64,000 bases of DNA from Gemmatimonadota bacterium (GTDB lineage Bacteria; Gemmatimonadota; Gemmatimonadetes; Longimicrobiales; RSA9). A model generated the notes under the pieces. That model was not told the DNA's origin. It was given only the letters and a program-made list of their open reading frames with translations, and made no database searches. The DNA is taken from NCBI GenBank assembly GCA_039715185.1, contig JBDLIA010000008.1:4207-68206 (forward strand). The letters are read 5' to 3'. The position numbers and the translations under genes are program-made. This document shows, piece by piece, positions 55,738 to 64,000 of the stretch (within the stretch, counting starts at the first letter, position 1; each line of letters starts with the position of its first letter).

Positions 55738-57337
55738 CGACCGCCAGATTCTTGCGGACCACCTCGTTGCGCGGATTCAGGTCCAACGCCCTACGCCAGC
55801 AACGGATCGCGTCTTCCCGCTCGCCGCGCTTGAGGTGCAGATTGCCCATGCGGGCGAACACGTCGTCTCCCAGGTCGGGGGCGGACGTGGTGGCCTTGCG
55901 GTACTGGTCCATCGCGTCGTCGTGGAGGCCCCGGCGATAGGCGATGTCGCCCAGGTTCTTGTAGGTCTGGGGCAACTGCCGATCCGCGTCCAGCGCGCGC
56001 AGGTACAGGCGCTCGGCCTCGTCCAGGTCGGCCTGGCGTTCCGCGATGGCTCCCGCCAGCAGTAGCAGCGGGGCGGACTCCGGAAAGGCACGCAGGCCCG
56101 CTTCCATTGTCGCGCGCGCCTCGTCCAGGCGTCCGGTCACCGCCGCGAGCAGGCCGGCCAGGTGAAAGAACGGCGCCGAGGGGGGTCGGTCGCCCAACCT
56201 GCGCCGGTACTCGACGAGGTGTTCGCCGGCGCCGCCCCAGTCGCCCCGCTCGGCGAGGATCGCCGCCCTGTGGAGCGATACGATCTCCGAATCGGGCGCC
56301 AATGACTCCGCCTCGTCCAGAACCAGCAGCGCGTCGGCGGCGCGCTCGAGCATGCGCAGCCCGTAGGCGAGCGATACGAACGCGCCGTGCTGGGGGCCCT
56401 GTTCTTCCAGGACGGCCTTGAGCCGCTGGACCGCGTCGCGTGGCCGGCCTCGCTGCAGTGCGATCCTGGCCAGGTAGGAACGCGCGGCGGAGTCCTTGGG
56501 CCTGATCTCGAGCACGCGCCGGAACTCCGCCTCGGCCTCCTCGAGCATGCCCGTCGAGTAGAACGCCGTGCCCAGGTTCAGCCGCTCGCTGAAGTCCGCT
56601 TCCCGCTCGGCGCTGGCGCCCTGCGCGCGCTGGCCCACCCGCTGCGCGAACCCCGCCTGAATCAGTCCGTAGAGGGCCTTGCCGGCGTCGAACTCCGCCA
56701 GGCCGCTGCGATCGGCGATCTCCGCGACGGTCGTCGCTCCATCCACGAGCGGCAGGATCCTCTCCTGCTCCGGCGTCAGCGCCAATCCCGCGTCGTGCAG
56801 CCGGTCGTGGTCCAGATCGAAGACGTCCTCCAGAGAAGGGATCTTCTTGGCGATGACGCTCCACTCGTCCACCCTGCGGGCGCCCTCCAGGAGCAGGCTT
56901 TCCGGGTTGATCGACACCAGGAACTCGGTCTCGCCCGGACGTTGATCCACCTCGAAAAAGAAACCCCCCTGAGACCACGTGAACAGGAAGTAAACCGCCT
57001 CTTCGATCTGCGCCCGGACGCGCTCCCGCAGCGCCTCCTCGTCGAGCCACCCGCGCGCGAGCAGGATCTGCCCCAGGCGGCGCTCGGGGGATCGGCCCTG
57101 CTCCTGCAACGCTTCGGCGAGCTGTTCGGCCGACACCACGCCCTCGGCCACCAGGAGGTCGCCCAGCCGGTCGCGCCGGTTCACCACGCTGGCGAACGTG
57201 ATGCGGCCCCCGTCGAAGTAGATGCGGCCGAAGCGCTCGCGGTCGGTGATGGACAGGCAGCCCGACTTCATCCCCATCGCCAGCAGCTGGCACACGTCCG
57301 CCAGGCTCGCCTCTCGGAGGCTCCCCTTGATTGCCAT
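55721..57337 (-). CDS. DUF4388 (PATAN-like) + T2SSE_N-like + TPR-repeat protein
   Basis: N-terminus MAIKGSLREASLADVCQLLAMGMKSGCLSI...IYFDGGRI is typical of DUF4388. LGDLLVAEGVVSAEQLAEAL motif. About 7 TPR repeats at the C-terminus. Overlaps cheR by 17 nt. Confidence 0.75.
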   Translation of the reverse strand: MAIKGSLREASLADVCQLLAMGMKSGCLSITDRERFGRIYFDGGRITFASVVNRRDRLGDLLVAEGVVSAEQLAEALQEQGRSPERRLGQILLARGWLDEEALRERVRAQIEEAVYFLFTWSQGGFFFEVDQRPGETEFLVSINPESLLLEGARRVDEWSVIAKKIPSLEDVFDLDHDRLHDAGLALTPEQERILPLVDGATTVAEIADRSGLAEFDAGKALYGLIQAGFAQRVGQRAQGASAEREADFSERLNLGTAFYSTGMLEEAEAEFRRVLEIRPKDSAARSYLARIALQRGRPRDAVQRLKAVLEEQGPQHGAFVSLAYGLRMLERAADALLVLDEAESLAPDSEIVSLHRAAILAERGDWGGAGEHLVEYRRRLGDRPPSAPFFHLAGLLAAVTGRLDEARATMEAGLRAFPESAPLLLLAGAIAERQADLDEAERLYLRALDADRQLPQTYKNLGDIAYRRGLHDDAMDQYRKATTSAPDLGDDVFARMGNLHLKRGEREDAIRCWRRALDLNPRNEVVRKNLAVVGNAE

Positions 57338-57365
57338 CAGGCGGCTCCGGTGGCCGGAGAGAGCC

Positions 57366-59165
57366 TCATCGGTCCCCCTCCGTCAGCCACTGGGCCACGT
57401 AGGGCCAGCGCCACACGACCTTGTCGCGCGCCAAGAAGAAGGCGTCCTCGTGCCCTCCGGCTCCGTCGGCCCCGCTCGACAGCGACGCCGCCGGCTCCCG
57501 CTGCGGGGGGGGCGGCTCCGCCGGTGCCGCGGCGGCGTCCCCTCCCGGGCCCTCGGCTTCTTCGGCCCCGCCGCCGGCCCTGTCCTCCAGCCCGACCACG
57601 AGGCCGGCCGCCAGACGGGAGCGCAGGCGGTCCTCCAACCCCGCTATCTGCGCCGGCGGTACGGTCCCGGTGAACGCCAACTGCGCGCCGCTCCTGAGCA
57701 GCGCGTCGAACAGGTGGAACAACTCCTCCTGGGCGCGTTCGGTATCGGCCAAGATGTCCACGTCCTCGAGCAACAGTGCGCCGGCGCCGCGGAAGCGCGC
57801 TCGCCACTCCTCGACCTGGTTGCGCTCGAGGGCCTGGATCAGCTCATCCGCGAACGCCTTGCCCGACATGAACGCCACCGGCCGGTCCGGATTGCGCTCG
57901 GCGATGCGGTTCCCCAGTGCGCCGAGCAGCGCGGACCGAACCGGCGAGGCGTGGCCGTGGACGTACAGCGGGTTGTAGCGCGAGCCGGGTTGTTCTGCCG
58001 CCGCGCGGGCGGCGCGCAGAGCCAGGCTGCCGTCATCCAGCTCTACGCGCGCGAATTGATACTCCGACGGGGGGGCGGGCAGCGGTTGACGCCGCTGCCG
58101 CACGGCCGCGAGCATGGCCTCGGCGTCGCCGATCCGGTCCGGATCGCGCAGCACACCCCAGTGCAGCTCGGGTGCGCCCGGATCCACCGAACGGATCTGG
58201 GCGTCGATTTCCCGCAACCGATCCACGTCGGCCTCGAAGGCGCGCACCGCTTCCTCCACTTCGGACGGGCCGTGCGATCCGTGCAGGAGGGCCTCCAGCC
58301 GGCTGGTGCGGTAGCCGTCCGCCTCCCACCTCATGACCGCCCCCGCGAGCTGTTGATCCTCGGCGGAGCGGGACACGACCGTGTCCATCGCGAGCGACAC
58401 GTCGGCCACGAAGTCGCCGAACTCCGACTCCCCCTTCGGCTCGGGACCCACGCCCACGAGGCGCCCCGCTTCATCCGTCCCAACGACGCGTTCCTCGAGT
58501 TCCTGAATGGCGAGCACCCGGTTCAAGGCGCCCTGGAGCTCGCGCACGTTGGAGAAGGTCGAGCGTGCCAGCAGCTCGGCGACACCGTCGGCCAGTTCCT
58601 GGGCCTGCTCCTCGGCCTTGCGGCGCACGATGGCGACCCTGGTCTCCAGGTCGGGGGCACCGATGTCCACTATGAGGCCGCCCGAAAAACGCGACAGGAG
58701 CCTGTCGTCCAACCCGTCGATCTCCTGCGGCGGCCGGTCGCTGGTCAACACGACCTGTCCCCCGCGGGCCGACATGGCGTCCCACACGCGGATCAACTCC
58801 TCCTGCGTCCTGCGTTTCCCGGCCAGGAACTGCACGTCGTCCAGGATGAGCAGACCCACGTCCTGGAAACGGGCGCGGAACGCGTCGCGGTCTCCGGCCT
58901 CGATGGCCTCCATCGCCCGATCCATGAAGCGTTCGAGCGTGTCGTAGACGACCTTGAGCGCCGGGTGGTCCAAGCCGGCCTGGTGGCCGATCGAGGTCAC
59001 GAGGTGCGTCTTGCCGAGCCCGGAGCCGCCGTAGATGAACAGCGGGTTGTACGACGACCCGGGCGACTCCGCCACGCGCTTGGCCGCGGCCACGGAAAGA
59101 CGGTTGCCGGTACCCACGACGAAATTGTCGAAGGTGAACGAGGGAACGAGGTCGACCGAGTTCAC
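57366..59165 (-). CDS. DnaA-like tandem AAA+ protein: intact DnaA domain III + degenerate second copy, no DnaA N-terminal or DNA-binding domain IV
   Basis: aa 10-225 align colinearly with DnaA domain III ([65 protein letters not shown]). aa 369-528 repeat the pattern but with GHASPVRS in place of the Walker A. Start overlaps the mglA stop (59162-59165). Confidence 0.85.
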   Translation of the reverse strand: MNSVDLVPSFTFDNFVVGTGNRLSVAAAKRVAESPGSSYNPLFIYGGSGLGKTHLVTSIGHQAGLDHPALKVVYDTLERFMDRAMEAIEAGDRDAFRARFQDVGLLILDDVQFLAGKRRTQEELIRVWDAMSARGGQVVLTSDRPPQEIDGLDDRLLSRFSGGLIVDIGAPDLETRVAIVRRKAEEQAQELADGVAELLARSTFSNVRELQGALNRVLAIQELEERVVGTDEAGRLVGVGPEPKGESEFGDFVADVSLAMDTVVSRSAEDQQLAGAVMRWEADGYRTSRLEALLHGSHGPSEVEEAVRAFEADVDRLREIDAQIRSVDPGAPELHWGVLRDPDRIGDAEAMLAAVRQRRQPLPAPPSEYQFARVELDDGSLALRAARAAAEQPGSRYNPLYVHGHASPVRSALLGALGNRIAERNPDRPVAFMSGKAFADELIQALERNQVEEWRARFRGAGALLLEDVDILADTERAQEELFHLFDALLRSGAQLAFTGTVPPAQIAGLEDRLRSRLAAGLVVGLEDRAGGGAEEAEGPGGDAAAAPAEPPPPQREPAASLSSGADGAGGHEDAFFLARDKVVWRWPYVAQWLTEGDR

Positions 59166-59797
59166 GACCCCACCCCCTGCCCCGCGGTCGGCGCCGGCAC
59201 GATCGGCTGCCTATACCGGTCGGAAAGTCGCCGTAGCACGAGCTCGCTGGCCGTTCTCAGCGTTTCGAACACGCCCTCTCCGCTAATGGCCGTAGCGGCG
59301 TACTCGGGCACGCCCCGGAAGTTGAGCACGTCGCTGAGCACCTCAACCGGCAACGCGTCCGGCAGGTCGCGCTTGTTGTATTGCATCACCAGCGGCACCT
59401 CACGCACGTCCAGGCCCTCGGCGGAGAGATTCTCGTGCAGGTTACGCAGGCTGGTCACGTTCTCCGCGAGCACGCGCGGCTGCGAATCCGCGACGAACAC
59501 GACCCCGTCGGCGCCTCGCAGCACCAGCTTTCGGGTCGCGTCGTAGTAGACCTGCCCGGGCACCGTGTAGAGCTGAAGCCGAGTCCGAAACCCCGAGATG
59601 GATCCCAGATCGAGGGGGAGAAAATCGAAGAACAGGGTGCGGTCGGTCTCCGTGGCGAGGGACATCATTTCGCCCGTGCGGCCGCGCGGCAGCCGGCCGT
59701 GCACGTGCTGAAGATTGGTCGTCTTGCCGGATCGCCCTGGCCCGTAGTAGACGATCTTGCAGGTGATCTCGCGGGTGGAGTAGTTGACCAGCGACAT
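59162..59797 (-). CDS. mglA: MglA, Ras-like polarity GTPase
   Basis: Near-colinear with Myxococcus MglA: [70 protein letters not shown]. Confidence 0.92.
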   Translation of the reverse strand: MSLVNYSTREITCKIVYYGPGRSGKTTNLQHVHGRLPRGRTGEMMSLATETDRTLFFDFLPLDLGSISGFRTRLQLYTVPGQVYYDATRKLVLRGADGVVFVADSQPRVLAENVTSLRNLHENLSAEGLDVREVPLVMQYNKRDLPDALPVEVLSDVLNFRGVPEYAATAISGEGVFETLRTASELVLRRLSDRYRQPIVPAPTAGQGVGS

Positions 59798-59800
59798 CGG

Positions 59801-60286
59801 CTATCCGCGCTCTCCCATCACCCGTCGAACCCCGGCCTCCAACTCGTGCTCGAAGCGGCTCGCGTCCCGCACGGAGCTGGCCCCGCCGAGCTCCCGGATC
59901 TCCCGGAGCTGGTCGCCGAGCCGGTCGCTGAACAGCCGCACTATCCCCAGCGATGTCGCCCTGTCGAAGATGGCTACGAGGATCAAGTCGGAGCCTCCAA
60001 CTTCGTGCGGCGCCAGCAGCATCTGCTGGGTTCGTCCCTGGTTGTGCAGGTGAGTCCACCTGCGTACGCCCGTCATGTCCGCGAGGGCACCCGCTGCGGC
60101 GTGGGCGGCCGCCGCCAGCGAAGCCACGTTAGTAACCTCGTAGCCGCGGCTGAATCCCTGCTGGGCGAGAAGCTGGCCGCTGGCGTTCACGAGCACGGCC
60201 GTGCGCACCCTGCTCTCGCGCACGAACTCGCGGAGGGGCGCGCGCAGCCGCTCGACGAGGACAGCCAGCTCCTCCTGCGTTCTCAC
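59801..60286 (-). CDS. mglB: MglB, Roadblock/LC7-domain GTPase-activating protein
   Basis: 161 aa Roadblock fold (RTAVLVNASGQLLAQQG...LILVAIFD). Sits immediately upstream of mglA in the canonical mglBA order. Confidence 0.8.
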   Translation of the reverse strand: MRTQEELAVLVERLRAPLREFVRESRVRTAVLVNASGQLLAQQGFSRGYEVTNVASLAAAAHAAAGALADMTGVRRWTHLHNQGRTQQMLLAPHEVGGSDLILVAIFDRATSLGIVRLFSDRLGDQLREIRELGGASSVRDASRFEHELEAGVRRVMGERG

Positions 60287-60630
60287 GCGAGCGCCTCTAC
60301 CGCGCGGCTCGCCTCCACGCTCAACGATGCCAGCTGCGCGTCGGGAGCGGCCAGCGCGACGATGAGCATCTCCCCGGCCCCCGCGACGTGCAGGTAACCG
60401 CCGCTGGCGGCCAACTGCAGCGTGCGCAATCGCCCGGCGCCGGCGAGGTCGCTGCCGCGCGCGGTGCGCCGGAACAGCTCCGCCGCGAGCGCCGCAGTGG
60501 CGTTCCCGTCTACGTCGGAGTCGACCTCCATGACTACCGGCACGCCCATGTCGGCGTCGACCAGCAGGGCGGCGCGCACGCCGTCTACCCTGAGCAGCCG
60601 CTCCAGCGCGCGTTCGTATGCCTCAACCAC
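60283..60630 (-). CDS. Roadblock/LC7 domain protein (MglB paralog)
   Basis: 115 aa: VDGVRAALLVDADMGVPV...GGYLHVAGAGEMLIVALA. Overlaps mglB by 4 nt. Confidence 0.75.
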   Translation of the reverse strand: MVEAYERALERLLRVDGVRAALLVDADMGVPVVMEVDSDVDGNATAALAAELFRRTARGSDLAGAGRLRTLQLAASGGYLHVAGAGEMLIVALAAPDAQLASLSVEASRAVEALA

Positions 60631-61579
60631 GGTCTTCTCCCAGGAACGCGCGCGCGATCTCGGACGCCGCGCCCGCGGTGTGCAGCACCCAGCCGGTCGG
60701 CGCGACGCCGTCGGCGGTTATCAGGACGGCGTGCCGCTTCCCCACAGGACCCAGGTGGGCGGCCGCGTCGTCGGTCTGCATGTGAACCCCCCGCCAGGCG
60801 CCCAGACCCAGCAACTCGGCCGTCCGCTCGGCCTCGCCGGCGGCCCCCCGCAACGCCGCCCCGGCGGCGTCCGACTCCACGGCGGGAGTTCCGAGTCGAC
60901 CGCCTATGACGAAGCCGGCGCCGTCGACCAGGAGCGCGCCGCGAAACGGGCCGTTTCCGGCCAGCTCCTCGAACAGTCGCCCGGGATCACGCGCGCTTGG
61001 CGCCGCGCTCGCGGGGGAGTCTCCCTGGCCGGCGGGCGCTGGCGTGGGGGTCGGGGTCGACCGCGTGTCGGCGACCGGGCCGGGTGGGGGCGCGGGGGCC
61101 GGCGGACGCGACGCCTCGCTTGCGGCCGCCTGGTGCCCCAGGAGCGGCCCGGAGGGCGCCGCCTGCGCTGTCTTGCGCGCCACCAACTCGAGCGCCTCCC
61201 GCGTGAGCGCGTCGGCCGGGCGACGAGCGGCCGCGCGCTCCAGGTATGCGGTGGCCCCGAGCAGGTCGCCACGCTCCAGGCGCACGAAGCCCATGCCCCG
61301 GTTCGCTTCGAAGTGCGCGGGGTCCAGCCGCAGCACGACCCCCCACTCGTCGAAGGCCTTCTCGCGTTCCCCTCGCTCGAGATGGAGCCGCGCCAGGAGC
61401 GCGTGTGCGCCGGCGTGGTCGGGCCGCCGCTCCAGGCCACGCAGACACACGCGCAGCGCGCCGTCCAGGTTCCCCTGCCGCCGGTACGCGTCGGCCAGGT
61501 TCACGAACGTCGGCGCACCCGGATCGCGGGCGACCTCCAGGCTCCACCGCTGCACGTCAGCGGGCGCGGGCTTCGTCAT
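60623..61579 (-). CDS. TPR + Pro/Ala-rich linker + C-terminal Roadblock/LC7-like domain protein
   Basis: Real start MTKPAPADVQRW at 61579 (ATGA overlap with the upstream stop). TPR repeats (ADAYRRQGNLDGALRVCLRGLERRPDH...). C-terminus FRGALLVDGAGFVIGG...AVLITADG is Roadblock-like. The track ORF to 62275 is an over-extension. Confidence 0.7.
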   Translation of the reverse strand: MTKPAPADVQRWSLEVARDPGAPTFVNLADAYRRQGNLDGALRVCLRGLERRPDHAGAHALLARLHLERGEREKAFDEWGVVLRLDPAHFEANRGMGFVRLERGDLLGATAYLERAAARRPADALTREALELVARKTAQAAPSGPLLGHQAAASEASRPPAPAPPPGPVADTRSTPTPTPAPAGQGDSPASAAPSARDPGRLFEELAGNGPFRGALLVDGAGFVIGGRLGTPAVESDAAGAALRGAAGEAERTAELLGLGAWRGVHMQTDDAAAHLGPVGKRHAVLITADGVAPTGWVLHTAGAASEIARAFLGEDRG

Positions 61580-62751
61580 CGTCCTCCTTGGGATGAATCG
61601 GCAGTGGACATCGTGAGGCGTTCGCGCTCCGGGGGATAGGGGCCGTCTCGCAGCACCGAGCTCAGCGCCCGAAGCGCTTCGGTGCCGCGCAACGCGAGCG
61701 GCGCCCGCTCGTCGCCGTGCCCGAGCGCCAGAAACCACTCCCAGGCCTCTCCGGCCCGCTGGAGATCCCCGATCCGGGCCGCCGTGAAGCCCAGCTGAAA
61801 ATGCGCATCCGCCGATGTCGGCTCCAACCCGACGGCCTGCGCGAACGCCTCGGTGGCCGCGCGCATGCGCCCCTGGGCTGCGAGCGCCCTGCCCACAAGC
61901 AGGACCGGCTCGAACCGCCCGGGGTGACCCGCCGCGGCCGCCTGGGCCTCGCGCTCCGCTCCGCGCCAGTCCCCAGCCGCCAGCATCGTCTCCGCCGACG
62001 CCAGCGCTGCCTCGAGTTGCTCGGCGCCGGGCTCCGCCTGCGCGTGTTGGATCTCGACCACCCCCGTCGCGATCAGGCCGTAGACGATCTTGGCGACGGC
62101 GAACGTCCCACGCCCCACGGTCGCGGCCACGCGCCGCAAATCGGCCGCTCCATCGACGGCGGCGAGCACCGCCCATTCGTCGGGCCTGAGGTCCAGCGTC
62201 GTGTTGCCCGGAGGCGCGTCCGAAAGCACCGGCACCGCCTCCATGGTGGGAATACGTGCCTCCAACCGACTCCACTCGTCGATCCGACGCGCGCCTTCCA
62301 TCAACATCGACTCCACGCGCACCAGCACGCCCGTGGCGTCCGTCGCGGGCTTTCCTTCAACGAAACGGAACTCGCCCTCGCGCCATCCCAGCAGGTCGTA
62401 GACCGATTCCTCCATGTGGAAGCGGAGTTGGCGCTCCAGCTCCTCTTCGGACACGCTGCCCATCTCGACGAGGACCTGTCCGATGAGCTGTCCCGGGCGC
62501 TCTTTTTGTAGCGACAGGGCGCGCTGCAACTCTCCCTCCGTCAGCTTGCCCGCCCGCACCAGGTGCTCCGCCAAGCGCCGAACGGGGCGCTTGCGACGCA
62601 CCAGGTAGAGGGCCCCCTCGCTGAAATGCAGCTCCACCTCGTCGCGGTGCCGCTCGGAACGGATGTGCAGCAACCCGCTTTTTTTTGTCAGGTCCAGGAG
62701 CTGGAGCACGTCCTCCAGCCCGAGTTCGTGAAGCGGACCCTCGATCGCCAT
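61576..62751 (-). CDS. DUF4388 (PATAN-like) + TPR protein, paralog of 55721..57337
   Basis: MAIEGPLHELGLEDVLQLLDLTKKSGLLHI...LHFSEGAL matches the N-terminus of the 55721 protein. LAEHLVRAGKLTEGELQRAL motif. C-terminal TPRs. Confidence 0.75.
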   Translation of the reverse strand: MAIEGPLHELGLEDVLQLLDLTKKSGLLHIRSERHRDEVELHFSEGALYLVRRKRPVRRLAEHLVRAGKLTEGELQRALSLQKERPGQLIGQVLVEMGSVSEEELERQLRFHMEESVYDLLGWREGEFRFVEGKPATDATGVLVRVESMLMEGARRIDEWSRLEARIPTMEAVPVLSDAPPGNTTLDLRPDEWAVLAAVDGAADLRRVAATVGRGTFAVAKIVYGLIATGVVEIQHAQAEPGAEQLEAALASAETMLAAGDWRGAEREAQAAAAGHPGRFEPVLLVGRALAAQGRMRAATEAFAQAVGLEPTSADAHFQLGFTAARIGDLQRAGEAWEWFLALGHGDERAPLALRGTEALRALSSVLRDGPYPPERERLTMSTADSSQGGR

Positions 62752-64000
62752 CAGGCGGCTCCCACGTCACGCGGAGCCACGCCCAGGCCGTCCAGAGCGT
62801 CGCGAGCACGCGCGTGGCCCGGGTCGAACGCGAGGACCCGCCGAAACGCGGTTGCCGCGTCCTCGACGCGATCCTGCGCGGCCAGGTACTCGCCGAGCCG
62901 GTGCAGCCCGTCCAGGTGGTAGGGGTCGGCCGACAGGAAGTCTGCCAGGGTAGCGATCGCGCCGGACGGGTCGCCCGTGCGCCGCAGCAGCCTGGCGAGG
63001 GTGATCGCCGCATCTGCGTAGCTGGGGAGCGCCTCCAGCGCGGCCCGCAGGGTGGCCGTGGCTTCCTCCTCCCGGCCGACCGCGGCCAGCGCCCGCCCCA
63101 GGCCGGTCATGGCCGCGGGGCTGTCGGGCTCCAGCGACAGCGCCAGGCGGAAGAGTCGCTCGGCGTCCGGCCCCTGCCCCGACGCCAGGCGGGCGTGGCC
63201 GGCGTCGAGCGCCGCCCCGGCGCGGTCCTCCACGCCCTCTTCCAGCGCGCGTTCGAGCGCCTCGGCCGCCTCGGCCGGGCGCCCGTTGGCCGCGAGCGCC
63301 TGTCCGTGCACGCGCAGCGCCGACGCGGCGTCCCGCGCGCCCGCCAGCTCCGTGGTGACCAGCAGCGCCTCCGCGGCCCGGTCGAGTTGAAGGAGCGAAC
63401 GGGCGCGCCCGAGCTCGGCCGCTATCCGGGTGGCCTCCGGTAGGTCATCGCCCGCTTCGACCGCGAGCAGAGCGTCGAAGCGCTCCAGTGCTTCGCCGGC
63501 GAACCCCTGGCGCAGGAACGCCTCCGCCCGCACCAGCAGCACCTCGGCGCGCGGCGCCCCGCGCTCGGCCGCAGCGCGTGCCGCCCCGTGCACCTCGTGC
63601 AGGTCGCCGCGGGCGAGGGCTCGCCGTGCGACGGCCAGCGGGTCTGCGGGACGATCCGCTTGCCGGGCCGGATCGACGGCGGCCTCGCTCCGCGCAACTC
63701 CCTCGGGCGTTGCGGCGACGGCCGCCGTGGCCGGGTCTCCGGCGGTCCCTTCCGCGAGCGCCAGCACGAAGGGCGAGGGCGAAGTGTCCGCATCCGTCCT
63801 GTCCTGCGTCGGCGAGGCCGTCTCGGCCGCCGGCCGCTGCAGGGACTCGAACACATCGGCCAGCGCTTCAGACTCGAAGCGAAACTCCTCGACTCCCCCC
63901 TCCCCCGCCACGCGCCGTTCCGCGGCCAGCTCCGGAGCGGGGACCCCGGCCTCCTCGAAATGAAGGTCTATGAGAAGCCGAAAACGCGGCGCCGGGAAGA
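62751..64000 (-). CDS. TPR-repeat protein, 5' end probably beyond the window
   Basis: The track gives 62751..63911, but the frame stays open to 64000 (..FPAPRFRLLIDLHFEEAGVPAPELAAERR upstream of the listed GTG). Several TPR-like repeats. Its stop shares one nt with the next start (TGATG). Confidence 0.65.
   Translation of the reverse strand, partial: FPAPRFRLLIDLHFEEAGVPAPELAAERRVAGEGGVEEFRFESEALADVFESLQRPAAETASPTQDRTDADTSPSPFVLALAEGTAGDPATAAVAATPEGVARSEAAVDPARQADRPADPLAVARRALARGDLHEVHGAARAAAERGAPRAEVLLVRAEAFLRQGFAGEALERFDALLAVEAGDDLPEATRIAAELGRARSLLQLDRAAEALLVTTELAGARDAASALRVHGQALAANGRPAEAAEALERALEEGVEDRAGAALDAGHARLASGQGPDAERLFRLALSLEPDSPAAMTGLGRALAAVGREEEATATLRAALEALPSYADAAITLARLLRRTGDPSGAIATLADFLSADPYHLDGLHRLGEYLAAQDRVEDAATAFRRVLAFDPGHARARDALDGLGVAPRDVGAA

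Noticed and set aside
57222-59546. 774-aa plus-strand ORF antisense to the DnaA-like and mglA genes, and 55791..57293 alternate frame of the DUF4388-TPR gene
   Set aside because: Both are low-complexity Arg/Pro/Gly frames. The chosen frames match MglA and DnaA domain III almost residue-for-residue.
1-64000. CRISPR arrays, rRNA genes, transposases, integrases, phage genes, toxin-antitoxin pairs or known defence systems
   Set aside because: No regularly spaced direct repeats were seen. No recognisable recombinase, transposase, reverse transcriptase or nuclease signatures were seen in any credible frame by eye. A systematic HMM scan would be needed to exclude them formally.

Overview
Very GC-rich bacterial chromosomal segment, densely coded on both strands. 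Taxon cannot be assigned from sequence alone. Many long alternate-frame ORFs in the track are GC artefacts. In order: (1) Envelope glycosylation genes (two GT2 + polytopic GT-C-like pairs, one methyltransferase) interleaved with a sensor kinase/sigma54-type response regulator pair and a PAS-GGDEF-EAL protein. (2) A DsbA-like lipoprotein and a 1129-aa hyper-acidic repeat lipoprotein preceded by an ~800-bp ORF-free, hairpin-dense leader. (3) A second PAS-GGDEF-EAL protein. (4) A plus-strand block with a coiled-coil membrane protein, a membrane-spanning DnaJ fused to a 7-blade RCC1 propeller, a polytopic membrane protein and an ABC-2 exporter. (5) An orphan Flp pilin. (6) A CzcCBA/CusCBA-type metal efflux operon lying between an intact tRNA-Val(TAC) and two degenerate copies of its 3' half, which looks like an integrase-less island. 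(7) A TetR-headed anaerobic benzoyl-CoA cluster (had, oah/bamA, SDR, dch, four class I benzoyl-CoA reductase subunits), interrupted by a 164-bp palindromic element. (8) The most unusual part: an array of at least 11 overlapping minus-strand genes (52.9-64 kb). It joins mglA/mglB, two extra Roadblock proteins, two DUF4388-TPR paralogs, a tandem DnaA-like AAA+ protein without a DNA-binding domain, and CheR-CheB-CheW, with no CheA or MCP in the window. All calls rest on reading motifs in the supplied translations and manual inspection of the DNA. No database search was run.
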